Notes under the pieces: model-generated
The model's database searches: none
Told to the model about the DNA's origin: nothing
What the model saw: the letters and a program-made list of their open reading frames with translations, nothing else
Assembly: GCA_963674785.1 (NCBI GenBank)
Contig: OY771555.1
Span: 416,001-480,000, forward strand
Length of the DNA: 64,000 nucleotides
DNA from: Caldisericia bacterium
GTDB taxonomy: Bacteria; Caldisericota; Caldisericia; JAAYUI01
Direction of reading: 5' to 3'
Shown here: piece by piece, positions 18,425 to 27,165 of the stretch
Numbering within the stretch: the first letter of the stretch is position 1
Layout of the letters: every line of letters starts with the position of its first letter
Made by a program: the position numbers and the translations under genes

Positions 18425-20980
18425 ATGAAAAGATTTTTAAAAAACACTGTGATTGTTCTTTTATCGGTTGCGATTCTTTTGGTGGGAAACAGTTCTATCC
18501 CAAACTGCAACTCAGCTTACAATGAAACAAACCAAAGTCTGCAGATAAGGTTTGAGATTGGAAACACAAACTATTGGGTAAATGGGGTTCCAGTTGAAAA
18601 ACAGGTAGTTCAGGAGACAGCACCTGTAATAAAAAATGGCAGAACATTCATATTGCTCAGGTATCTTGTCAAACAGCTTCCCTGGATAGGCGAAATGAAG
18701 TTTGAAAAGAATGTAGAGCTTTACCCTAAAGGAAGAGTAGAGATAGGCTTCACAGATAGAGACAAAAAGATATATCTCTATGTTGATGAGTCAATTGCAG
18801 AGGTCGTAGAAGATGGAAAAACCTCAAAGATTCAGATAGACCCAGAAAATGAGGATGTGGTTCCTTTCATAATCTCTGGAAGGCTTCACCTTCCTCTCAG
18901 GTTTCTTGGAGAGCAAACTGATGCAATAAAGATCCTTTGGGATGATGAAAAGAAACTCGCAGAATTATGGTATATCAGTCCATATGAAGTAGCTCTTACA
19001 AACAGAACTCCAGTAAATGGATACAACTCCTCAAGAGCAAGATTTTCTGAGGTAACTCACCATACAGAACCACTTGATGATTTCTGTTTTGATGAATACT
19101 GGGAAGTAAAGATTGAATACGACTCATGGGATTTAAGTACCAAGAATGTCTTGTGTGTTTCAAAGAAACTTGGGGCTGAGATTGAGAGACTGAATAATGA
19201 AGAATCATATGTTCTCTTCAAATATCTCTGTATTGGGAAGTATATATTCATCATTGATGTAAAAGAAGATGATTCAGAGGTCACGGATTGTTGTGATTTT
19301 GATGTTGATATTGAGGTTGAAGAATCCAATCCAGGTTTAATGTGGAGAATCTGGCTAAAACAAAATACAAAATGTTCTCAACAGGTAACTTTACGTGCAG
19401 ATTGCAATAACCGGGATGGATTAAGAGATGCAGGATATTATTGCTCAGATAGCAACAAAGTTTTTGGTACTTTTTATGAAGAACAAAACAATGAGAGTCT
19501 GCTTCCAACCTATGAAAATCACTTCGGTAATGATGAATATTCAGAAGAAGATGATAATTATTACAATATAAAAATTGAGGAAGCTTTTGATACAGTATCT
19601 ACATCGGATGGCAATATTCATCTACTCTGGACTGAAGAATATATCCTATATAAGAGCAAAAACTTCTACCTACTGAATTATGCATATTATGATGGCAAAG
19701 ACTGGAGAAACGCCAAAAATGAACTTTACCCTGAAAATTCAGCTCTTGTTTCCAGACATGCTGAGAGAATTCTTGATGTCAGTCTTGCGGTTGGGGAGAA
19801 CAATACCCCTCATATTGCCTGGGACTATAATTATAAAGAAGGTCACAAGGATGTGATCAGGCTTAGTTATGCAAGATGGAATGGGACAGAATGGGTTGAT
19901 AACTCAAACAAGAAATTGACAGAAGAGAACTATATTTGCCGCTCAGGTTCAGAACCAGAATTACTTCTGGATAGCAGCAATAACCCATACATTTTTTGTC
20001 TAAATAAAGGTAGCATTTTTGAAGTATCTGAATTAGGGTTCATCTACTCAAAAGAACCTGGTGTGTGGTTAAACTTGGAAAATAAAAACATAAAGGATGA
20101 CATTGATGGGCTTGTCATCAGAGAGATTCCTACCGGACTTAATTATGGGTTTGACGACTGGTTTGAGACGAGTAGACCATTTTCAGTAGTTATGGATTCA
20201 AAAGATAATATACATCTCGTGTACCAGGCTGATTATGATGGGAAGTGCTGTATATTTTATGATGTGTTTTCGGATGGAAAATTCTCTGAAAATAGTGAAC
20301 CAGTCAATTATCTTGAAGGGATGAATCCAGTGATTTCAATAGATGAAGATGATAATCCAATCATAATGTGGTCTGATTATTACAAAGAATACGGCAAATG
20401 GTCGACTCTTGCTAGGATATTTTTCATCAAAAAATCAGAGAATGGATGGGAGAACATTCATGGGGAAGATATTCAAAATAATTCTGCATTGTTGTTTTTC
20501 CAATCATCATTTATAAAGATTGTACCTTATATCTACCCTCTCGGAGATAATAAGTATACATTTATTCTTCGCGGTTCAGAGCATGGATTTCCTTCATACA
20601 AATCCATTATCAAAAAATGGCCTGAAGATATACACTCTGCACAAGAATATGAGGCTTTAGATGATCTGTGGGTATTCCCACCCCTTAAAAATACAAACAA
20701 CATGGATTATATCCTGCGCAAAACCTTTGAAGGGATATATCTTTACAAGACGGATGAATCACTAAGCTCATTGCAATCTTTGGATAAGGAAAAAGTTGGA
20801 ATCGATTACTCGGGAACAGTAGAACTCCAAAACTGTGAACTCAAACATTACAATGCATTCATGATTTTTGAAAAATATGATTATCATGCTGATGTAGAAG
20901 CTGAATTACCAATAACAGTTGACATCATCATTGAATCAGATTGCGGGATAACAAAGGAATACTCGGTTCAGATTGAATAG
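18425..20980 (+). CDS. Secreted surface protein: copper amine oxidase N-terminal (stalk) domain + 'D-x-x-N-P-H-I-x-W' propeller repeats
   Basis: Signal peptide; APVIKNGRTFILLR, PFIISGRLHLPLRFLGE...ILWD; later GENNTPHIAW...YARWNGTEW, DSKDNIHLVY. Confidence 0.75.
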   Translation: MKRFLKNTVIVLLSVAILLVGNSSIPNCNSAYNETNQSLQIRFEIGNTNYWVNGVPVEKQVVQETAPVIKNGRTFILLRYLVKQLPWIGEMKFEKNVELYPKGRVEIGFTDRDKKIYLYVDESIAEVVEDGKTSKIQIDPENEDVVPFIISGRLHLPLRFLGEQTDAIKILWDDEKKLAELWYISPYEVALTNRTPVNGYNSSRARFSEVTHHTEPLDDFCFDEYWEVKIEYDSWDLSTKNVLCVSKKLGAEIERLNNEESYVLFKYLCIGKYIFIIDVKEDDSEVTDCCDFDVDIEVEESNPGLMWRIWLKQNTKCSQQVTLRADCNNRDGLRDAGYYCSDSNKVFGTFYEEQNNESLLPTYENHFGNDEYSEEDDNYYNIKIEEAFDTVSTSDGNIHLLWTEEYILYKSKNFYLLNYAYYDGKDWRNAKNELYPENSALVSRHAERILDVSLAVGENNTPHIAWDYNYKEGHKDVIRLSYARWNGTEWVDNSNKKLTEENYICRSGSEPELLLDSSNNPYIFCLNKGSIFEVSELGFIYSKEPGVWLNLENKNIKDDIDGLVIREIPTGLNYGFDDWFETSRPFSVVMDSKDNIHLVYQADYDGKCCIFYDVFSDGKFSENSEPVNYLEGMNPVISIDEDDNPIIMWSDYYKEYGKWSTLARIFFIKKSENGWENIHGEDIQNNSALLFFQSSFIKIVPYIYPLGDNKYTFILRGSEHGFPSYKSIIKKWPEDIHSAQEYEALDDLWVFPPLKNTNNMDYILRKTFEGIYLYKTDESLSSLQSLDKEKVGIDYSGTVELQNCELKHYNAFMIFEKYDYHADVEAELPITVDIIIESDCGITKEYSVQIE

Positions 20981-21204
20981 ATGATAAACTAAAAATTAAC
21001 AAACCCCAACTATTTCCAAACAGATAATCCAGAAAATAGACATAAAAATATCGCAAAACGTTATAAAAAACTGCCATTGAAGGGTCATATTTCATAATCA
21101 TCAAAACTAAAACCCATGCCCACAAGTTCAGTTTTGTTAATGATATTTTTTTGCAATATGATAATCTGGAGTTAATTTTTTTCACATCACCAAGGAATAT
21201 CGAT

Positions 21205-21232
21205 TTGACAATTCAGATTAAGTTGATATTAT
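21205..21232 (+). promoter_or_regulatory. Putative sigma70 promoter of the V4R operon
   Basis: TTGACA (21205-21210), 16 nt, TATTAT (21227-21232) with an extended TG. Confidence 0.55.
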
Positions 21233-21313
21233 TTTAATGTGTGAAGAAGCACTTTTCTATTAGCTGAGATGGGGAAAATCCCCACATGGTATGTAATACT
21301 TTGGAGGTAAGTC

Positions 21314-21793
21314 ATGTCCGAAATTGATGAAAGATGGATCAACTCTCTTGTCAACGGATTTTTAAGATCCTTTGCCTATATCGTTGGAGTTGAACAGTTG
21401 AAAATGTTCGTTTCTAAAGCTGGTGAAGCAATTATGGCTAGCGCTGATGAAGATCAATCTATGCCCGTAACTGGGTCTTCGATTCCAGAAATAGTAAAAT
21501 CTGTTGGAGATATTTTTGTTGCGGTAAACCCGACTAACCTGGACTGGAAAACAGATGCAACAGAAAATGGTGTGAAATTATCCATAAACAAATGCCCATT
21601 TTCAGGTCTCTGTTCTGAGATGATTGGAGAGATTATTGCCAGTGGTCGAGTTGAGAAAAAAAGAGTTCCATGTTTAATGTCAGAATTTGCAACAGGTAGC
21701 TGCAGAGTTAAAGGTATTAAGGCTAGAGCTACAATCGATTCCTTCTCACCAGGACACCTTTGCGTTTCAGAAATCGCAAAATCGGAGGTTTAA
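21314..21793 (+). CDS. V4R/MetOD1-like (HNOX/Bet3 fold) Cys-rich protein
   Basis: RBS GGAGG; 'INKCPFSGLC...VPCLM...HLCVSEI' Cys pattern typical of V4R-like/methanogen output domain proteins. Confidence 0.6.
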   Translation: MSEIDERWINSLVNGFLRSFAYIVGVEQLKMFVSKAGEAIMASADEDQSMPVTGSSIPEIVKSVGDIFVAVNPTNLDWKTDATENGVKLSINKCPFSGLCSEMIGEIIASGRVEKKRVPCLMSEFATGSCRVKGIKARATIDSFSPGHLCVSEIAKSEV

Positions 21794-21794
21794 T

Positions 21795-22343
21795 ATGAGT
21801 CTCAGAGAAAACATGATGAAACAAATCGATGTTGATGCAGAAAAATCTGAACTGAGAGTTGCTGGACAGCTGTTTGCGTATCACTGTGACAAATTCAACA
21901 CAAGGATTTTGAAGGGACTTGAAGACACACTTGGATTTGAAAAAGCAAGAGATCTTCTTGAAAATTCTGCAGAATCCACAATGTATGATACACTCACAGG
22001 GATGTTTGATCTCTTTGAAGGAAGCACCCCAGAAGAAAAGCTCAATTCAATCTTCGAGGCTTACAAGGTTCTTGGTCACGGAAACATCTCCGTAAAAGAG
22101 ATTTCAGCATCTGGTGGAACAGCCACAGCAAAACCCTCATACATGGTCGAAGGGTGGCTCGAAAATGAAGAACGCTGGGGTTGGGGAAAAAGAGAAAATC
22201 CAATATGTCATGATGAAGCAGGTGCAATCGCAGCAGCATTCGAGATAGCATTTGGGCTATCAAAAGGTTCAGCAAAAGTTACCGAGACACAGTGTTATGT
22301 CACAGGTGCAGATTCCTGTGAGTTTAAGATTGAGGTGGCATAA
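21795..22343 (+). CDS. 4-vinyl reductase (V4R) domain protein
   Basis: GGAGG then ATG 21795; LGHGNI, 'PICHDEAGAIAAAF', 'ETQCYVTGADSCEFKI'. Confidence 0.85.
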   Translation: MSLRENMMKQIDVDAEKSELRVAGQLFAYHCDKFNTRILKGLEDTLGFEKARDLLENSAESTMYDTLTGMFDLFEGSTPEEKLNSIFEAYKVLGHGNISVKEISASGGTATAKPSYMVEGWLENEERWGWGKRENPICHDEAGAIAAAFEIAFGLSKGSAKVTETQCYVTGADSCEFKIEVA

Positions 22344-22960
22344 TGATAGATCAAGAAGCAGTAAGAAACGCATTCCTGGGCATGGGTCTTGTTGGAAGTG
22401 AAGCAGACGGGATACTCAGAAAGTTCAATGTCATCCTGAAAGCCGACAACGCAAACTACCTCATTGGTCGTGAATTTGATTTAATAGAAAACATGGGTGG
22501 GGAACCATCCAGAAAACTTGCCGAAAAAGTTCTCATTGATGCTGCACAGTGGTGTGCCGTTGCAACATTTGGTGGAATCATGGGTTCAGATGAATGGAAA
22601 CAGATGATTGAACCAAACATCTCAAACAGCCAGGACAAGTTCGCAGGTATAGTAGCAATAACAAATTGTCTCGGCTGGGGAAAGGTAACAGACTGGAAAC
22701 TCGACGAAGAGGCAAAAACTCTTGATCTGACAGTTTCTCACAGTTACTATGTTGAAGCATTTAAAAGCAGATACGGCAAAAATGCTCAATTCCCAATATG
22801 TTACATGTGGACGGGAGTAGCTGGTGGTTACCTGGATTTGCTTTTTGACAAGAGACCAGGTACATTTACCGGTGTGGAAAATGAATGTGCAGCTATTTCA
22901 GGAGATGTTTGCAAATTCAGCGCAAAAGAATCCAAGAAGAAATTCGGATTTAATATGTAA
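22343..22960 (+). CDS. 4-vinyl reductase (V4R) domain protein
   Basis: LGWGKV, 'PICYMWTGVAGGYL', 'ENECAAISGDVCKFSA'; TAATG coupling to the upstream gene. Confidence 0.85.
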   Translation: MIDQEAVRNAFLGMGLVGSEADGILRKFNVILKADNANYLIGREFDLIENMGGEPSRKLAEKVLIDAAQWCAVATFGGIMGSDEWKQMIEPNISNSQDKFAGIVAITNCLGWGKVTDWKLDEEAKTLDLTVSHSYYVEAFKSRYGKNAQFPICYMWTGVAGGYLDLLFDKRPGTFTGVENECAAISGDVCKFSAKESKKKFGFNM

Positions 22961-22971
22961 GGAGTGTAAAA

Positions 22972-23349
22972 GTGCCATCAATAACAGAACAATTGTCTTC
23001 CATTCTGAGTAGCTTAAAATCAAATGTGATGGGTGTTGAAAAAGCGATCGTAGGTTCATCAGATGGTCTTATTCTTGCTTCAACTACCCATGAAGAATCT
23101 GATGAGAGAATGTCCGCTATGTGCGCATCTCTCCTTTCAATTGGCAGAAGAACAGCTGAGACCCTTACAAAACCAACTCTTGATGATGTTACAATCAGAA
23201 CAGGAGAAGGTTATATAACAATCTTTGCTGTCGCAAGGGAAGCCGTTATCGTTGTTTCAACATCTGGAGAACAGAAAAACCTCGGAATGCTCTACCTCGA
23301 AGGAAGCAAAGCCGCAAAAGCCATGCAGAAGGTTTTTGAGCAGTCATAA
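22972..23349 (+). CDS. Roadblock/LC7 domain protein (MglB-like)
   Basis: 'GVEKAIVGSSDGLILAS...ERMSAMCASL...NLGML', 125 aa. Confidence 0.9.
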   Translation: MPSITEQLSSILSSLKSNVMGVEKAIVGSSDGLILASTTHEESDERMSAMCASLLSIGRRTAETLTKPTLDDVTIRTGEGYITIFAVAREAVIVVSTSGEQKNLGMLYLEGSKAAKAMQKVFEQS

Positions 23350-23358
23350 TCAAAAAAA

Positions 23359-24525
23359 ATGTTTAAAGCTGATTTCCCTGCTGCCAAAGATGTTCACAAT
23401 TTTGACTCTGCGGCAACAGGACTTTTACCGAACTCTGTGATAGATGGTGTGACAGAGTATTGGCAGAATTCCTGCTCGAACGCAGGGAGATCGGCATATT
23501 ACAGGTCGCTTGAGATAACTGACTTCATCGATAATGCAAGGTCGGAAATCGCCAGTTTTTTTGGTGCCTATTCTTCCGAGTTGCTCTTTACACCTGGAGC
23601 GACTCATTCAATCAACTGGGTCGCCCTTGGCTGTCTCAATTCCAAAAGCGATTCGATTCTTGTAACAAAAGCTGATCATCACGCCAATATCTTACCCTGG
23701 CTAAATCTTCAAAAAAAGGGTGTAGAAATAAGATTGGTTAACTGTGATAAGTTTGGCAGAATTGATATTGACGATTTCAGAGCCAAAGTCAAAGGCTGTA
23801 AAATTGCAGCATTTTCCGGAGCATCAAATGTTACCGGAGCAATCCAGGATATTAAAACCCTCACAAAAATCGCAAGGGATAATGGTACACTCTCCCTCAT
23901 TGATGCAGCACAGCTTGCACCCCACAAAAAAATCAACTTCAAAGAAACCGGTTGTGATTTTATGGCGATTGCTGGTCATAAGCTTCTCTCTCCAAAAGGG
24001 ATTGGCATCCTTCTTTCAAGAGTCGAAAGTCAAAATCAAATCGACCCATGTATTCTCGGTGGAGGAGGAATAGAAGATATCAATGAATCAGACTTTTCAA
24101 TGAAGGGGTATCCATTAGGTTTTGAATCGGGCACACCATCAGTAGAAGGCATAATTGGACTTTTTCATGCTACAAAATGGTACAGGGATAAAAATCAAGA
24201 CATAGTTTACCAACATGAAGAGCTGCTGAGAAACAAGATTCAAAAACATTTTACTGATATGGGTATAGAAGTAATTAACCCGAAAAATTCAACCCCACTT
24301 ATAACCTTCAACATCGAAGGTTTACGACCACACATAATCGCAAGCAAACTTGACAGATTCGGCAGAGTTTTGGTGCGATCTGGACACATGTGTGCCATCC
24401 CATTTACAAGAACTGTCCACAAAAAGAGGAATGGATTCATAAGAGTATCAATTGGTCCATGGAATAATAATGATGATGTTGAAACCCTTGTTACAACAAT
24501 GAGGAGAATTCTTGATGAGAATTAG
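23359..24525 (+). CDS. SufS/CsdA-type cysteine desulfurase (aminotransferase class V)
   Basis: DSAAT, HHANILPW, DAAQ, PLP lysine in AGHKLLSPKGIG, FESGTP, catalytic RSGHMCA. Confidence 0.9.
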   Translation: MFKADFPAAKDVHNFDSAATGLLPNSVIDGVTEYWQNSCSNAGRSAYYRSLEITDFIDNARSEIASFFGAYSSELLFTPGATHSINWVALGCLNSKSDSILVTKADHHANILPWLNLQKKGVEIRLVNCDKFGRIDIDDFRAKVKGCKIAAFSGASNVTGAIQDIKTLTKIARDNGTLSLIDAAQLAPHKKINFKETGCDFMAIAGHKLLSPKGIGILLSRVESQNQIDPCILGGGGIEDINESDFSMKGYPLGFESGTPSVEGIIGLFHATKWYRDKNQDIVYQHEELLRNKIQKHFTDMGIEVINPKNSTPLITFNIEGLRPHIIASKLDRFGRVLVRSGHMCAIPFTRTVHKKRNGFIRVSIGPWNNNDDVETLVTTMRRILDEN

Positions 24526-24784
24526 GGTTTTAGAGCTTTGTTCATATGGAAGCACCGGAGATTTTGAGGCAATTGATTTTGATGGGGAGAGAATTGACCT
24601 CGACCACATTCCAGAAGGTTGGGAACCCAAGGGTGGCAACCAAGAAGCCAAGAAGTTCATTAAGAAGAGTTGGACAATTGAAGTCTACGCAGAGGGAAGA
24701 ATTATTCTGCTTGACATACCAACAAAAAATGGCAAAGAAATATCAGAGTCGCTATTGTTAGGCTGGCCTCGACTCAAAAAATAA
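24515..24784 (+). CDS. Small protein resembling the stand-alone C-terminal domain of MoeB/ThiF (possible sulfur acceptor)
   Basis: RBS GAGGAG, overlaps the desulfurase stop; 'LELC...IDLD...IEVYAEGRIIL' pattern. Confidence 0.45.
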   Translation: MRIRVLELCSYGSTGDFEAIDFDGERIDLDHIPEGWEPKGGNQEAKKFIKKSWTIEVYAEGRIILLDIPTKNGKEISESLLLGWPRLKK

Positions 24785-24789
24785 TACTA

Positions 24790-25335
24790 CTATTCAGGTG
24801 ATACTGGCTGGTTAAGAATCACCTCAAAGAAAACGGTATAAAGAGCATCTTTTGCGCTTGCCTTATCCCTGCCAACACATTCAACAATTTTGCAATCGAC
24901 AATCGGCTCAAAATACTGCTTCATTCCCTCCATTGAGATAACACTTGGAAGGTCGGATTTGTTTGCAACAATTATTATTGGCACATTTGTTCTGCTTGTA
25001 TAAAACTTAACAAAATTCTTTGCACCCATAACAGAACTGAAATCAGATCTATCAACCATAATCATTATTGCAATCGAACCATTTATCTGGTCTTCCCAGA
25101 TAAAATCAAACCTTTCCTGACCGGGAGTTCCAAAAAGATAGATTGAGAGATCTTCAGATATAATTATCTTCCCAAAATCAATCCCAACTGTCGTGTATTT
25201 TTTTTCACCCTCTGCACCAGTTGATAAAATTTCTTCTGTTGCGACAAACTCAGTATCGGATAAGGTTTGAATAAAAGTAGTTTTTCCAGAAGAAAAGGGG
25301 CCGGTTATCAATATTTTATATCTTTCTTCCATCAT
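24790..25335 (-). CDS. Small Ras-like GTPase, MglA/CvnD-type
   Basis: G1 GPFSSGKT, G2 TTVGIDFG, G3 GTPGQERF, G4 NKSD. Confidence 0.92.
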   Translation of the reverse strand: MMEERYKILITGPFSSGKTTFIQTLSDTEFVATEEILSTGAEGEKKYTTVGIDFGKIIISEDLSIYLFGTPGQERFDFIWEDQINGSIAIMIMVDRSDFSSVMGAKNFVKFYTSRTNVPIIIVANKSDLPSVISMEGMKQYFEPIVDCKIVECVGRDKASAKDALYTVFFEVILNQPVSPE

Positions 25336-25934
25336 CCACCAAGTCTTTCGAGGAATTTTCTTATCTTTCTTATAAGGGAAAAGCCAATGCTTGCGGTTTT
25401 TTCTTTTCTTACCCTTTTGATAATATTGACATTTTCAAGTCCATAAAGAATCTTTGAAATCGATTCTATGTCCATTTCCAGAGCCAACCTTATCTGAAGG
25501 ACAGATTTTTTTTCAGAGAGTTGAGCCAGTACCTTCCATTCGTCAGAATCCAACTCAAGATCACCAAGGTTGAGAACTTTAGACAATTCAAACAGCATAT
25601 CATCGCTGTATATATCTAGGCAAACCTCTGGTCTCTCCATTTGCTTTGTGAGTTTATGAACGAATTCGTCATGTGAATCATTCACCGAATAACGATACTC
25701 CCTGGGATAGACTGTTGACCCAGAAAAATAATAATTTCCACTTTCAACAGAAACAATGAGATCAATAAAAACACCTTCATGGTCAGAAGCTCCGCCAATA
25801 ATTGCGCCATCTCGAAAATAGATGTCAACGGTCTTCTCGCCATCAAGGGTCAATGTCCCGGAAATCCTGATCGATGCAAGAAGACTTATCACATCAATCA
25901 AGATACTTCTTTCAAGTTCTCCTCTGATATCCAT
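25332..25934 (-). CDS. DUF4388 (PATAN-like) domain + wHTH-like C-terminus
   Basis: 'IRGELERSILIDVISLL...SGTLTL...IYFRDGAIIGG...SGNYYF', 'LDSDEWKVL...LYGLENVNII'. Confidence 0.8.
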   Translation of the reverse strand: MDIRGELERSILIDVISLLASIRISGTLTLDGEKTVDIYFRDGAIIGGASDHEGVFIDLIVSVESGNYYFSGSTVYPREYRYSVNDSHDEFVHKLTKQMERPEVCLDIYSDDMLFELSKVLNLGDLELDSDEWKVLAQLSEKKSVLQIRLALEMDIESISKILYGLENVNIIKRVRKEKTASIGFSLIRKIRKFLERLGG

Positions 25935-26044
25935 ACCACCATTGTAGCAGCTTTTTTTTGATTTGCAAGCAATAATATTTACAAAAACATTTTGTTCTTT
26001 CTTGAATCATGTATAATTGTTGATATTTATTTTACCAATAAAAA

Positions 26045-26692
26045 CTACTTAAATCCGAGTTTTTTTGGTTGTCGTTCTGCAGCTGCGTTAAAAGCCAAAT
26101 TGGACAGAAACTTTTTGATTGAACCTGCCAAATTCACCGTGTTTGTTATGCCTGCTTCAATTCTTACTCTTTTTACAACCCCAATTTGCTCAAGAGCAAA
26201 AATGATTTTCCTTGAAGTTAAATGGCTAAGACCAAGTGCTATTGAAATCTTGCTAATATCAGTCTTTTCGGAAAGCATCGCTACAACCCTCCACTCGTTA
26301 ACATCAAGAGTAACTCCATCGAGAATAAAATCCCTAGAAAGCTCAAATTCGAATTGTGTATCGTAAAGATCTGGATTTATATAGTCATCACTGATGTTTT
26401 TTGCGATAAGATGAATTATTGAATTTGTTGAGATATTGGGTTTGATTCCATCAATATTAGGAACAGGATTTTGGTCGGCAAAAAAATAACTTCCGCTACC
26501 AAAATTTGCGATCTGACTGTAAACGGACTCTCCGTCCTCGTTTGCACAAAGGGTATCTATCGAGCCATCTTTAAAAACTATTTCAATTGCACGGTTTCCG
26601 CTTAGAGAAAGTATGCCTGAAGCACCAGAGGAATTCAAAAAACTAATGACCTCCAACGGTGTAGTTTTTCCAATTCTTCCTTGTATACCCAT
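26045..26692 (-). CDS. DUF4388 (PATAN-like) domain protein, paralog of 25332..25934
   Basis: 'IQGRIGKTTPLEVISFL...SGILSL...IVFKDGSI...SGSYFF', 'LDVNEWRVVAMLSEK...LEQIGVVKRVR'. Confidence 0.8.
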   Translation of the reverse strand: MGIQGRIGKTTPLEVISFLNSSGASGILSLSGNRAIEIVFKDGSIDTLCANEDGESVYSQIANFGSGSYFFADQNPVPNIDGIKPNISTNSIIHLIAKNISDDYINPDLYDTQFEFELSRDFILDGVTLDVNEWRVVAMLSEKTDISKISIALGLSHLTSRKIIFALEQIGVVKRVRIEAGITNTVNLAGSIKKFLSNLAFNAAAERQPKKLGFK

Positions 26693-27165
26693 GGAGTTAA
26701 TTTACCAGATTTTGGGATTAAGTCAAATAGTTTATTAACAATTATTAATAAATCGATAGAATATGCTATCAAATCATGGAATATCCAAGAAATCTTTTTG
26801 TAGTAGATATTCGAAAAAAGTTGCATCAAAACCCAGAATCTTGATTCTATGAAGCATACAAGCAGATTGTAATAAATGTCGTTTTTCAGATATAAGTATC
26901 ATCTATTTTAGAATATATTTATCTTAATTTTATTTTACTAGAATAATTATACGGAGAGATAGAAAATAAATATAGATGAATAAAGGATTTCTGGTGTCCC
27001 ATTCGTTTTGAGGACTCCTAAAACAATTGTCATCATAAAAAATACAGTGGAAAGAACACATCGAGTCAACCTTTTTATGTTGGTTAACGTATTAAAATGT
27101 AGTGCCAAAATCATCAAAGAGGTATAAGTATGCATCACTCAGATGAAAGAAAAGGGAATATATTT

